Under the pieces are notes generated by a model that saw nothing but the letters and a program-made list of their open reading frames with translations, made no database searches and was not told the DNA's origin. A DNA stretch of 63,694 bases, filler included, from Chrysochromulina tobinii (taxonomy: Eukaryota), in NCBI GenBank assembly GCA_001275005.1. It is 5 parts of 5 records of this genome, joined end to end, with 100 filler letters (N's around TTAATTAATTAA, not from the genome) between each part and the next. Parts side by side here need not be neighbours in the genome. Positions count along the whole stretch, not along the records: positions 17,196 to 28,912 come from JWZX01000320.1; positions 29,013 to 42,084 come from JWZX01000322.1; 3 more parts are not named here. One strand, written 5' to 3'. The translations under genes were made by a program, and so were the position numbers. This document shows, piece by piece, positions 21,692 to 34,397 of this stretch (position 1 is the stretch's first letter; the number at the start of each line of letters is the position of its first letter).

Positions 21692-24600
21692 ATGGCGCTC
21701 CGTTGGGCCACCTACGGCCCGGGTGTGAAGGTCGCCGGCGACGCATCCACCGCCGTTCACGTGCGAGAAGTCCCTGACGGCGTCGCAGCGGGGCTGCTCC
21801 TCGAGCATGGCCGGCATCGCATCACCCTCGAAATCGTGCGGGCGGAGCGAAATCGCGGCTTCATGTATCTCGGGCGTGCTAGCGGCCGACGGCCGTGTTG
21901 TCGACGACTGGGCCGGCGGAAGCCCCGCCGCTGAGCTGCTGCTGCCGGCGCATCTGGCGGACCCGACCACGAGCGAGGTGGGTGAGGGCAAGGTGGTCGT
22001 CGGCTGGGCCTTTTGCCCGCTCAACGGCCACTTGCACACGACGTGCGCCGCGTCGACGTGGGGCGAGCGCCGGCGCAAGCTCATGCCGACGGACCTCGCC
22101 GGCAGAGCCGAGGGCGCGCAGATCGTCATGGTCGTCGACATGGACCGACGGACGCTCGCGTTTGGCATCGACGGCGCCGAGCCGGTCGACACCAAAGTGC
22201 GGCTGGCGGCGGCGGTGCGCCCGTGGGTGCTGCTCGCGCATCCTCACGACGCAGTGCGCCTCGTCGCCTACCGCGGCCCGGCCCTGCTTCGATCTCCCGA
22301 CGCGGCGGATGAGTGGCTCAGGTTTGCCATCCCCTCGGCGCTCAACGAGCACGAGCGTGATGCGCGCGACGCGAGCGACGCGAGGAGGATCGCGCGTGCC
22401 CTCCTGTGGAAAGCTCTCTCACGCGAGGGCTTGATCGTCGGGTCCATCTGCACCGCCCTGAACGAAAAGTGTGACGAGCCACCCTCATGCCCTTGCCGCC
22501 CAGCTGCTCTGATGGCCTCTGATGGCCTCTGATGGCTTCCCTCATCAGGTATGAGGTGGCGACCTCGGGTGGTGCCCTCTTAGCCCAGCTGCTGCTCCTC
22601 GGTATCGCCTTGCCGCTGCCGCCGCGCCTCGCCCACTCGATGCATGCAGTGGACCTCGCCCAAGACGGCGCCATCGACGAACCCCTCTACCTGCTCCCGT
22701 GCATCGTCGTCGATCGGGGCGCACCACCAGAGACATCGCTCACGCTGCCGCCCGAGACGGCGCGAGAGCCCCCCCTCGTGTGCACCCTGCGTGTGGACCA
22801 GCCTTCACATTCTCACCTGCGTGTGGACCAGCCTTCACATTCACACCTGCGCGTGGACAAGCCTCCTTTGGCCGCGGCCGCCGCCATTGGCGCCACCGCC
22901 GCCGCCACCGCCGCCACCACCGCCGCCGCCACCGCCGCCGCCGCCGCCACCGCCGCGACCGCGCCCACTCAGGCGAGCGCCGTGTCGAGCGCGGTGCACG
23001 GGCCGCTTGCGCTGCTGCCCGATGCGCTCTGGTCACGCCTCGTGTGCCGCCTGATCTCGGCGTCCGAGATCGTGAGCTCGCGTGCATCTCCGCCGCCACA
23101 GCTCTCGTCGAGCTGGTTGCAGCTCGCGCTCGGCCAAAGTTTCGTGGAGCTTCGTCGGCTGCCCAACAACACGATCCGCATCGCCATCTGGGGGGAGATC
23201 GCCATCTCGGGGGAGATCGCCATCTGGGGGGAGCCTTCGGTGGCTCAGATTGCGGGAGCTCAGATTGCGGGAGCTCAGATTGCGGGCGCCCAGATTGCTC
23301 AGATTGTGGGAGCTACGGCCGCGAGTGTGCTGCAAGCCGGCGCGCGCCTGGCCGCCCGAGTGGGCGCGACCGAGGTGGAGCCCTTGTACGATTTCGAGGG
23401 TGGGGTCGTCGTGGAATCAGCGTTGGCGCGCCCGGTCGCACCGCCTCTCGTCCCCTCCCTGATTGTGCCCCTGCATGGGCGCGCGGGGGCGGCGCCGATG
23501 TTCAAGTCTTGGAGAGAGATGCATTCCCTACTGCGCGACCACCGGCCTGTACCCGACGATGGCACTGGACTGCCGCTAGCTCGAGCGGCGCTCTACCCTT
23601 GGGCCGAGACGCCGGAGCTCCGCCATGCGACCGTCCAGGCGCCGCCGGATCTGTATCTCGCGTACCGAGCTCAGGCGGATGGGCAGCTGGTCGCGTTACT
23701 CCTCTGTCTGCTCAGTCGACGCACCGTGGGGCGAAGCGCCGTGCTGAGCACCGCTGGAGGCGCCGAGCGCACGCTGCAGGTGTATGCCGATCTGAACGGA
23801 TGCATGCAGCCTATGTCCCCACTGGGCGGTCGAGCGGCGAAGGAGGCGGAGGAGGCGAAGGAGGCGGAGGACGCGGAGGAGGCGGAGTCGATGGGACGGC
23901 CTGCGGCGTCGCTGCTGTCTGCAGAGGGGCGGCGGCGGGAGGGGACGCGCCGTGGTGAGCATTTGCATGCGGAGGGGCGGCGGGGACCGATGGCGACGGC
24001 GCCCTTGACTAGCGGCGCCGTCGCTGCGTCGCTCTTTGCCCCCAGCCGGCTCCCCGCCGCAACCGAACGGTGCCACGCGCAGCTGGACGCGCTGTGCGCC
24101 GCACCGCTCTGCGTCCCAGTGGTGACGCCCGGGGCGCTCGCCCCTCTGAGTGCACTCGACCCTGGGCAGGGGCTCGATTGGTGCGATCCACTGCTGCTGG
24201 AATGGTCACTTGCACTCGAGCTTGCGGCGGCGGGGCGTGTGCTCCTCGCGCCCTTGTTGATCGGGCCGACGAAGCCCGACGGAACGATTGGCTTGCTGCG
24301 TGTGGGTGGCGCGCGCGTGGGCACGCTGCCTAACCAGGTGCGCCGTGATGAGCACCTGCATGCAGCGCGCGTGGGCACGTTGCCTAACCAGGTGTCGCAT
24401 GCGACGCTCCTCGAGCTGCCCTGCATGCGAGTGCTCAGCACGGCGCCCTCCCTTCCCCACAGGTCTCGCACGCGACGCTCCTCGAGCTGCACGTGCTCGC
24501 GCGTCGGTTTGGGTTTCGCCTCTCGGACGAGGCGCCGACGCGCACGGTGCGGGATGGTGCTCTGATGACGTCTGATGATCACTGATGACCCATGATTGCC

Positions 24601-25940
24601 TCCTTCATCAGGTGCGGGATGTGGTGCTCGCCTTGCAGCAGGCCGCCGAGGCGGTGCAGTGGGCTGAGCTAGGCAAGGGCGACGAAGCTCGACGAAACTT
24701 GGGACGAAACTTGGGTGCTTTGACGAAACTTGGCATGGACGACGGCGGCGGCGGCGGCGTGGACGAGGGTGGCAAGGTTGAGCGTGCCGAAGCGGCCTGC
24801 TCCGTGGTCTTCGAAATGTTGTGCGCGCAGTGGCTCTTTGACGACAATGCCGCGGCTGCCACGTCGCACGTACCGTCTGCCCACGACGACGCCGACACCC
24901 CCGCCGCCGCTAGTGCATCCAGCGCCGTCGGTGCTACAGGCGGCCCCGCCCTTGGAGCCGCTGCCGCCGCCCAACACGACGCGGCCTTCGCCTCGGCAGT
25001 TCAACGTCGTCTCGAAGCGACGCAGGTTCGTCAACGGCAACAGGAGGCGCAGCGGCAACGGCTCCTCGGCGCCATGTTGGGCGACTCGCAAGGCGGTGGA
25101 GCTGTTCCGCTCGACCTGAGAGGCAAGCTGCGCGCGTGTGCTGACCGTTACGAGACACTCGCGCGCACCGCCGCCGAGCGCGCGGCGCGCATGCAATTGG
25201 TGAGCGACGCGAGTGGCGCGAACGGCCTCGAGGCCCTCCGGCATGCACGGGCCAGCACGAGGCTGCGCGAGATCCATCGAGAGCAGGCGACTCGGTCGGG
25301 CTTGGATGCGCTTGTGCTACGGGCGCGGCTCCCCGCCGTCGAGCATGCCCGCGCAGTCGAGCGCGCCTCGTGTTGGTGCGAGCGGATGGGCATCGACGTG
25401 GTCGAGGATCTCCTCGGTACGCTCCCCTTGATGACGTCTGATTGCCTCTGATGACGTCTGATTGGGTCGATGAGGATCTCCACGGTACGCACCCTTGATG
25501 ACGTCTGATTGCCTCTGATGACGTCTGATTGGGTCGATGGGCATCTCCTCGGTACGTCCCTTGATGACGTCTGATTGCCTCTGATGACGTCTGATTGGGT
25601 CGATGGGCATCGACGTGATTGAGGATCTCCGGAAACAGGCCTGGCAGGTGGAGGCCTTGACCTGACCTGACCTGACTTGACTTGACTTGTGTTGACTTGA
25701 GTTGATTTGAATTGACTTGCAGGTGGAGGCCTTGACCTGGATGCGGATGCTCGGCTGTGGGAAGATTTTCTGGAGGCGCTCGCGCTGCCATCCGAGGTGG
25801 TGACGAACCGCATACGACGCGCACTGCTGGAGCGGCGCGCCGACCTCGTCGACACGGCCGTCCACGGGCGCGCGCTGCACGACCGGCAGAAGCACCCGGG
25901 TGGCGCTTACGGCGCCAATCGCTCCTGCGTGGTGCAGTGA
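21692..25940 (+). CDS. Multi-exon SPRY-like / COR-like / TIR-like protein with C-terminal CaaX; one apparent +1 frameshift near 21872; introns 22469-22548, 24338(or 24392)-24462, 24547-24611, 25417-25722
   Basis: SPRY-like IVMVVDMDRRTLAFGIDG..VRPWVLL; LPDALWSRLVCRL; TIR-like DLYLAYR..QVYAD..CVPVVT..DPLLLEWSLALE..APLLIG; splicing keeps frame to ..RSCVVQ*. Confidence 0.6.
25417..25640 (+). repeat. Intronic tandem array of three ~64-nt units (GGTACG..CTTGATGACGTCTGATTGCCTCTGATGACGTCTGATTGGGTCGATG) interleaved with exon-end copies
   Basis: Direct reading; gatgggcatcgacgtg and gaggatctcc from the upstream exon recur between units. Confidence 0.9.
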
Positions 25941-26208
25941 GCGGGCATTAGGCCAGTAGCGCCTTGAAGTGCCCAGGGACTCACACACTCGACTTGTAGT
26001 GTTATGACAGCCAGGAGTAGCGTTGCCTGGCGTACAGTAGCTCAGCGAGTTTGATAGTAACAACAGAAATCCAAACCGCGACCAAGGACACCGAGGACGT
26101 CCATGTCCACGAGTGCATGCAATGCATGCAGAATCGCTTTGAACAGGATTCACACGACGCTCATCAGCGCTCATCCTCACACGACTCTCACGACTCACTT
26201 CGACACAC

Positions 26209-28912
26209 ATGGACAAGGGTTTGGAGCAGCTCTATCACACATCCTTCCACCCAGACTTGCTACTCGTGCCCGAGCGGGACGCCGAAGACGTGCCCCGCTT
26301 CGGCCGTGCGTTGCCCGCAGACAGCGCCGCGCCCCTGTTCTGTTGCGAGCGCCTCAAGAAGCGGCTCGAGGATGCAGTCACCTCGCTTGGTGGCGAGCTC
26401 GCCGGTCAGCATGGTGATTCCATGGTCGTCAACCGGGCATCAGTGGGGTCGGTGCGCGACCAGGGCACGACCGCCGAGTGCCCACGCACCATCACCGACG
26501 GTGTGCACCCGGGAACCAAGTGTCGGAAGACGGGCAAAGCACCCATCCGTGGCTGGCGCTATGAGAGCACCGACCGCGACGCCGATCCGCACGACCTGTC
26601 GGCGTCGGCGTACGAAGAGCTCGACTCGACGGTTCGCGCCGCCTACGTGCGCCGCGCGCCAGTCGCGTACGCGCCCCTCGAAGAGCCGAGCGACGAGGAT
26701 GACGGGCACCTGACTCTCGCGCTGCCGGGCTCACGACGCGCACTCGCGATGCTGCTGCAGCGCGACGCAGAGCTACAGCTCGTGGGTGATGGTCATGACG
26801 TTGGCGACGACGACGTCTGCTCTACGATCCTCAAGCTACGCGGCCAAACTGATTCACGGTTCCTCCTCGCTGAGTACCTCGAGCTCACGTGCAAGCTCGA
26901 GCTCGACGAGCACGCTGCGTCGGCCGACATCGTGCTCGACTGTTTGTTCGATGACGATGCGGAATCGATGACGAGCGCGGAGACGGTGAGAATCTTCCGC
27001 GCGATCACGCAGCGCTGGCCCAAATACACGTGCACTGGCCAGGACAAGAGCCTCGGGGTGAGCAGCAAGTGCTCGATCGCGGGGAGCTTGCGTGAGCAGC
27101 TGCCTCGCCTCCTCAGACGCATCATGACGAATGAGGACGAGGACGACGCCAAGGTGGAGGGGGAGGAAGAGCAGGATGGGTTGCAGGGCGAGGCGGCGGT
27201 AGGGAACAAGCCGCTGCGCCGGCTGGGGCGTTTTTTGCCATCGCTCAGCCTGGAGCAGCTCGCTGAGGTGCTCGACTGGCTGCCTGCCGAGAAGCTGGAA
27301 TGCCCACCGCGGCTGCAGGGAACGGTCAAGCTGGCTGAAGTGCCGCTCCACCTTGCTTGCGTCCACCAAATCCGCATTCCTGTGCCATTGCATGCCGAGG
27401 CGACTGAGCGCCATGCCCAGGGTGCCCTCGGCAAACTCAAGGTCGCCGTGCTGCTCTACTCCCTCGACACGTGGGCTGAGTTCCAAATCCATATCCAGAA
27501 TGATTTCAACGTTTATCACAAGGTTCCCTATCTCGACGGCATCGAGGCGTACGACGCGAGTGCCACGCTGACCAACCTACTCGATACCACGCGCGTCAAG
27601 ACCATGAGCTCAAGCTTCACGTACCCTGAAGATGAACAAGGCTTGTGCCCTGAAGAAGATCTCGACTTCAGAGTCATCACGAAGGACATGCTCGTCGAAC
27701 CCACAGACGCGCCTCCCAGCGTGCAGCCCAGCGTGCAGCCCAGCATGCAGACGGAGCGCGAGATGCTGATCGCGCAGTGCTCGCTGACGCTCTCGCTCAC
27801 GCGGCGCGCTAGCTCCATGCGCCTCGCCGTGCTACAGCGCTGGGCGGCCGCCCACGGCCTGCGCGAGCCGCCGCCACTGCCACTGATGGCGGCGGCGGCG
27901 CCACCGGCTGCCCTCGCTTCGCCATCAATCGGCGCGCTCCTCTGCTTCTACGCCGAAGGCATCGCGCGCCTCGAAGCCAAGCCTGGGGCCGCGAGCTCGC
28001 TCCGCGCGACCGTGCTCGACGCCTCGCTCGTTCCACATGCTGTGCGCACGGGCGCGACGCTCTGTGCCCTGGTGCGTGAGAGAGCGTCTTCGCTCGATGT
28101 GGACACACTCAAGCGGCTACTCTCGTCACGACCGCTGCCTCCGCATAAGGTGGAGGCGGCCGAGGCGGAGTCAAAGGCCAAGGCTGTGACCGAGACGAAG
28201 GCGAAGCAAACAGGCACGGCAGCTGCGGCGGCGGCGGCTATGCAGCCGTCGACGCCGTCGGTGCTGAGTGCGTCTCGACGTGCGTCTCGCGAGCCCACCT
28301 CGCCGGCCTCAACGGTGCCCCCTTTCTCCGCCTCTGGCTCCGAGGCGGGGGCGGAGCCAGAGGACATCTCGAGAGCGTCGGAGGGCGAGGAGGGGGACGA
28401 CGAGCCGCTAGACGATGATGATGATGAGGAGGAGGAGGCCGGGCAGGAGCAGGCTGAGCTAGATAACAACGACGGAGAAGTCGACGACCATACGCGTGCC
28501 CAGCAGCGACCCATCGGCATCTCACCGCCGCTTCAAGCGGCCTCGGCCGTTGCTCAAGGAGTGACGCCAATGGAGACGGAGGCGGCGGCGACAGAGGAGA
28601 AGGCGGAGGCCGAAGCGAAGGCCAAGGCGGAGGCGGAGGGGACAGCGGCTGTCGAGGGAGCAGCTGAGGCGGTGGCGCTGCCGGACGATTCGCTCGCTCA
28701 GGAGGAGGCAGCGCTGCTCGAGGCACTCGCCCCGTGGGGCGCCGCCCACTCGGCCGCCGACATCGCCCGCATCACCCCATGCCTACGTCTCGACCTGCTG
28801 CCTCTGGCCACGGTGGCTGAGCATGTGTTCACTCCGGGCCGCCTGCTGAGCGCCGCGAGCATCGACGATGCCATCGGCCGCCCGCTTCGCGAGGCGCTGA
28901 GCGACGCGCTGT
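26209..28912 (+). CDS. Large hypothetical protein with degenerate ZZ-finger-like motif; 3' truncated by contig end
   Basis: About 900-codon ORF; VHPGTKCRKTGKAPIRGWRY..HDL resembles a ZZ domain missing several Cys. Confidence 0.6.
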
Positions 28913-29012
28913 NNNNNNNNNNNNNNNNNNNNNNNNNNNNNNNNNNNNNNNNNNNNTTAATTAATTAANNNNNNNNNNNNNNNNNNNNNNNNNNNNNNNN
29001 NNNNNNNNNNNN
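28913..29012. other. Artificial contig spacer
   Basis: N-TTAATTAATTAA-N. Confidence 0.99.
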
Positions 29013-29126
29013 GGCGGCGGCGGAGGCGGCGGCGGCGGAGGCGGCTGCAGCGGCGGCGGCGGAGGAGGAGGCCGAGAATGCAGCGGCCGATGCGGCGGCC
29101 GGGGCGGCGGCGGTGGCAGCGGCTGA

Positions 29127-29166
<40 letters not shown>

Positions 29167-32100
29167 GCCGAGAAGGAGGCGGCCGAGGCGGCGGCAGCGA
29201 AGGCGGCAGCAGCGGAGGCGGCAGCGAAGGCAGCTGCGGCTCAGAGGCAGGCGTTTGCGGAGGCGATGGCTGCGGTGGCGGCGGCAAAGGCCGTGGCCGA
29301 TGCTACAGCAGTGGTGGCGCAGCCAAGAAAGCCCGGCACGGCTGAGCCGAAAGCCATGTACCCCCTCATTGCGGGCATAGCCCCATTGACCCACCCCAAG
29401 GACGGCTACAAGCCGGACTTTACGCAGCGCGAAATGAAGAACTGGGGTTCTCTACCAGGGGGCGTCGCGACGCGACCCATCGTACAGCCTCTGGTCTCAC
29501 CACTAAAAGACTATGAGGCGGGCGTGGAGGACTTTCTGATGGCGCATGCCCGGCGCGTCAAGGCCGCGACTAGGTCCCTCAACGGCAGCCCGAGTGGCAG
29601 CAACGCGACCTCCCGTGCCTCCTCACCACCAAAGATGTCGCCGCCCAAGACGGTAGATGACCTCCGCGCCGAGGCGCAGGAAAAGGTCCGGCACGAGGCC
29701 TTTCTGCAGCAGTTCAAGGCTCGGAGCATGGAGGCGGCCGAGGAGCCGGCTGGCACGATAGCCTTTCGTCTCTGGGGCGAGGAGGTCTGTGTGGTCAAGG
29801 AGACGGTTGGCACAGGTGCGGCGGCCATTGAGGATTACGCCACCCTGGTAGAGTTTCGGTGCGTGATTGATGCGTCGGCCAGCTTTGACGAAATCAGCTT
29901 TGGCGAAAAAGTCGCTGACGTGGTGAGGTTGCACCCGTCGAGCGTCACGGTCGATGTCGCAAGGGGCGGCAAGGATCTAACGGTCACATGCGCTATCGAG
30001 GCGGCGGGCAAGTACGAGGCGACGCGGGTGACCGAGGCGCTGGCAGCCATCATCCGAAGCCCGAAGGGTCCCGGTGCAACCTTCAATTTGATGTTCATCT
30101 CGTGCTCGGAGCCGTCGGTCGTGAAGGCGAGCCATGGAAAGGCGAGCAGTGCAAAGGCGGGCACTGTGAAGGGGGGCAGTGCGAAGGGGGGCATCAAGCG
30201 CGTGGGATCGCCAGCTGTGTCGTACCGCGGCGCCGGCGCGGCGGCGGCCGACCAAGCGGTCTTGGCCGAGGCGCGCGTGGCCAAGGCTAACGAGCGCGTT
30301 GCGGACCTCGAGGCCCGAGCCGCCCGAGGAGACGCCCTGTCGCAGGTGGAGCTCGAGGAGCTCGAGTCCGTCAAGGAAGAGCTCAGAACGGCGGAGGAGG
30401 AATACTCTGTCGCCTTCGCTGCGGCTGTCGCGCTGAGCGACGGTGCCACGGGTCCGGGCGAAGCCGAGGCCGACGAGAAGGTCGAGCTCGGGGTCGAGCT
30501 GGACGACGAGGCAGTGCATGCGGCCGATATCGCGGTCGAGCTCGGGGGCTCGTCCGAGGCGGCGCGCGAGGCGGCGCCCAGGGCGACCAAGCGCGTGAAG
30601 AAGGCGCGAATCTCGACAGTGCAGCCTCGAGTGGAGCCGGGCTTCAAACCGCGGCCGGTGGAGGCGACGTTCAATATGGTCCTCGGTGGCGACATGGGTG
30701 AGTTCGACAGGATTCAGTACCGCACCAGGCTCGCCGAGATTCTCTCTGTAGATCCAGCTGAAGTGAGGCTCATTCTCCTGGACGCGGGCGACGGCACCTT
30801 CACGGTGACTGCGAAGCTCAACGTCGCCACAGCCAGCGCCGCCGAGGAGCTCAGTCAGACTGCCAATGCGGCGATCGGCACAGCCGAGGCTGCGACGGCG
30901 ATGCTCGGTGGCGGCAACTTCACGGTTGCGTCGGTGGAAGCTGTGAAGACGTGCGAGAGGAAAGTGCACCCGGGAACGCCAAAGGAGGTGATGGACGAGC
31001 TCTTTGACTTGATTGAGGAGCGAGAGATCATCGATGCGTTCGTGTCGATGGATACTGACGGCAGCGGAGCTCTTGATCGGTCCGAGATGCACGCCGTCCT
31101 CCAGATGCTGATCCCAAGCATCACCGAGGAGCAGGCTGACGCCATCTTTCGCTTTCTCGACCAGAGCGACGATGGCATTGTCATCTTGCCTGAGTTTCTG
31201 CGCGCCAAGTACGGCGAGCGGCGCAAGTCGATGGGCGATAGGCTCATGGCGCCTGTCGATGACGAAGCAGCCGCGCGCATGGGGGCAGCGAGCTTCGCGG
31301 ACCTTCAATCGCGCGCGCGCAACAAGGCCTCGCGCTGCCTCGAGCGCGCCGCGCAGCGCGAGGAGGAACGCCTTGCGAAAGCGAGGTCGAGGCAGCTGAA
31401 GGATAAGAGGAAGCTGGAGAAGCTCGATGTGCGTCTCGAGAGAGAGGGGCGCGCCGAGGCGGCGGCGCGAGAGGCGATGCTTGCCAAGGAAGAGGTCGCG
31501 GAGCAGCAGCGGATCCGAAGGCAGCAAGTTCAAGCTGCCGAGCTTCTCCTCGAGCAAGAGCGACGGCACGCGGCCGTTGTGAGCGAGCGTGAAGCGCGAG
31601 AGAAGCAGGCGGCGGCGGAGCGCGAGGCGCTTGCAAAGCAGAGAATCGCGACGATGGCGGCGGCCAAGGAGGAGACGTTCGCGCAGGAGCGTGCGCGATT
31701 GGAGGCAAAGGAGGCGGCTGCCGAGGCAGAGCGCGTGCAGCGGCTCAAGGACCAAGCCTCGGCTGAGCGGACAGCGCAGGAGAAGAGGCACGCGGAGGCC
31801 CTCGAGGGGCTCCAGAGCAAGCAGCAGGCTCTGCAGGCAGATCTACGTGAGCTCGCTGAGACGCAGCGCAAGAAGAGGTTGGAGATGGAGGCGCAATTGG
31901 AGCAGGCGTACTTGACAGAGAAGGCGGCGCGCGAGGAGCGCGAAAAGGCCGGGGCGGTGGTGCATGCGCAAATCGCCCAAAAGGCCACCGAGGCGGCGGC
32001 TGCCGAGCTTGAGGTGCGTCGCCAGCGGACGCTCGCAGCGGTGGCCATGATGAGTACGACCGAAGCTCTCGTACGCGAGCAGCAGGCGAAGGCGACGATG

Positions 32101-32856
32101 GCGGCGGAAGCTGAGGCCCTCGAGACGCGCCGTGCCAAGCGCCAAGAGGCGCTCCGCGCTGAGGCGGTCGCGGAGGCGTCTTTTAGGCAGCAGCGGACCG
32201 ACGAGGCGCTGGCGGCGGAAGCCGAGGCCCTCGAGATGCGCCGTGCCAAGCGCCAAGCGGCGCTCCATCTGCGAGTCGACGATGAGGCGGAGCTGAAGCA
32301 GCGTCTCGCCGATCAGGCGCTCGAGGCGGCGCGCGCACTCGCAGAGCAGCGCGCGAGACAACAGCGCGAGCTCGAGGCGCTCGATGCGGCGCGCGAACAA
32401 GAGGCGGCGGCGCTCAAAGGGGAAGTGACCGATCGGCGGCGCGAGCGCCAGATGCGCGAGAAGCGTTTGCAGTCGAAATCGGGCTGCGTTGGCATGACGA
32501 CGGTGCTGCGTGAGGCGTATGCTGACGAGACGCTCTCGGCCTCGGCAGAGGTCTTCGAAGCCGTCACACTCTTCCTGGCCAAGCGCCGTGTGAAGAACGT
32601 GAAGGAGATCTCCAAGTTCAAGCACGTCGACGAGTTTGTCGAGGCACTGCCCAATCTAGACGCCATGGCGCAGGCGCGCCTGCGCGAGGCGCTCAGTAAG
32701 CATGCCCATGGCATGCCGGGCACGCCTCCCGCGACGCCCATGTCGATTACGGGCTTCACCCTCCCCAACTTCGCAAGCATGACGCCCACGGGGAAGAAGA
32801 AGGGACTGGCGAGCCCTCAGTCCTCGAATCGTAACTCGAAACGTGGCACGCGGTGA
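29013..32856 (+). CDS. Large coiled-coil protein with EF-hand pair; 5' truncated
   Basis: ORF of over 1240 aa; DTDGSGALDRSE and DQSDDGIVILPE; long E/A/R/Q-rich heptads. Confidence 0.8.
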
Positions 32857-33227
32857 AACTCAAACTGCGTCAGCGACGTCGGACACGGGTCGCCACTATG
32901 TTCTCAACGTCTCTCGCACTCTCCGTAGGATTCCTCTACAAAATAATCGTAATCGTCCGGCCGTTTTACGCGTTGTGCTATTGCCTTTATTGCCTATACG
33001 ACGTTAATACGAGTAAAAAAGCAGGAGCCGAAATGTCGCTGAACCCTACAAACTGTATCCTATGCCGTATGAGCCGAGCCCCTCGATGGGGGGCCACGAC
33101 ACTGCACACTCTCGACAGCTGGCCTTGCATCAGCCTTGCATGCATCGGAGAATTCACGTACTGAGAAAAGTGCCCTTCATATCACAACAAACCCTCGTTG
33201 ACACGAAAACCCAGCGTCCCTTACGAC

Positions 33228-34397
33228 ATGCTGGTCCCACTCTCGGTGGCCGCACAAGACGCCGACGTCCTTTCGCTGATTCTCAAGCATGCACACCTAA
33301 CTGCTGCCTCTCTTCGTCTGGCTAGTACGTGCCGCCAGTGGCGTCTCGGCATTTTGGCTCGCTGGGGACCCATGCGACTTCTATCCCACCAGCCATCGCT
33401 ACTCATCGGTGCGCCTGAAGGGCGCGCCATTCAGTGCCCCACTGGTATCACTTGGGTGGGCAGCGACTTGTGCATTGTCGAGAGTTTTGAGCAAAAGACG
33501 TCAAGATGTGCCGGCCGTGTGTCGCTTTTTTCCACTGCTGGCGAGCAAAAGGAGCTACTCTGCGCCGAGCGCTATGGTGGTGTGAGTTTGGGCCGTACTT
33601 TGGCGCACTTCCAACGCCAGGGACCTACGGCAGCCGTGTCCGATGGCAGAGCCCTCTATGTTGCCCATTCCAACGTCTCAGACGACAGTTTGAATGCGCT
33701 GTACAAGTTGTCCCTGCCCGATTACACTCTCACACACTCATTCACCGACAACAACTTCTTGATCGATCCCGAGGAGGAGGACGAGGAAGAGCAGTATTGG
33801 GACGTTCGCCTAGGTGCACCTGCGGCACTCACGGTCGTGGGCCCCTCTCTGTACGTCCTCGACATGGGCGGTGAGTCTGGGGACGCCTCTGTCTCCATCT
33901 TCTCCGCCGCCGACCTGCAGTTCCAGTCCAAGTTTGGTGCGGCCGCCGATGGTTACCGCCACGGCTCCGGTGACGGAGAGCTCTCTTTCCCGGAAGACAT
34001 GATCGAGCATGACGGCGAGCTCTACATCGCGGACACGTCCAACCACCGCGTCCAAGTCTTCTCGCTCGAAGGCGCGTTCGTGCGCACCATCGGCGGCGGC
34101 CTGGATCGAGCATCCGAACAAGGGATCGAGCTTCCACCCGGCGCGCTCGATGCACCGGTCGGGCTGTGCATCTTCCGAGAGCCGCTGGTGGTGGCCGAGC
34201 ATCAGTATGTCACCGGCACTGGTCACCAGTTCCCTAGGTCCACTGCTGGATGCCTCACCGTCTTCTGCGTCGACGGCACGCCGCTTGAGCGCATTGTGCT
34301 GGACTTCTGGCCGTCACGGCTCTGCGCCAACGCGGAGTATCTTTTCTGCTGTGATTACTGCGGCCATCGCGTTTACAAGTTCGGAGCCTTGGCATGA
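33228..34397 (+). CDS. NHL-repeat beta-propeller protein with F-box-like N-terminus
   Basis: DVLSLIL..LASTCRQWR; GELSFPEDM..ELYIADTSNHRVQVFSLEGAFVRTIG. Confidence 0.8.
   Translation: MLVPLSVAAQDADVLSLILKHAHLTAASLRLASTCRQWRLGILARWGPMRLLSHQPSLLIGAPEGRAIQCPTGITWVGSDLCIVESFEQKTSRCAGRVSLFSTAGEQKELLCAERYGGVSLGRTLAHFQRQGPTAAVSDGRALYVAHSNVSDDSLNALYKLSLPDYTLTHSFTDNNFLIDPEEEDEEEQYWDVRLGAPAALTVVGPSLYVLDMGGESGDASVSIFSAADLQFQSKFGAAADGYRHGSGDGELSFPEDMIEHDGELYIADTSNHRVQVFSLEGAFVRTIGGGLDRASEQGIELPPGALDAPVGLCIFREPLVVAEHQYVTGTGHQFPRSTAGCLTVFCVDGTPLERIVLDFWPSRLCANAEYLFCCDYCGHRVYKFGALA

Noticed and set aside
25417..25640. CRISPR-like array
   Set aside because: Inter-repeat pieces are copies of the adjacent exon, not unique spacers
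29977..31791. Long antisense and alternate-frame ORFs here and throughout
   Set aside because: Expected in high-GC coding DNA; low-complexity Arg/Ala/Pro translations without motifs
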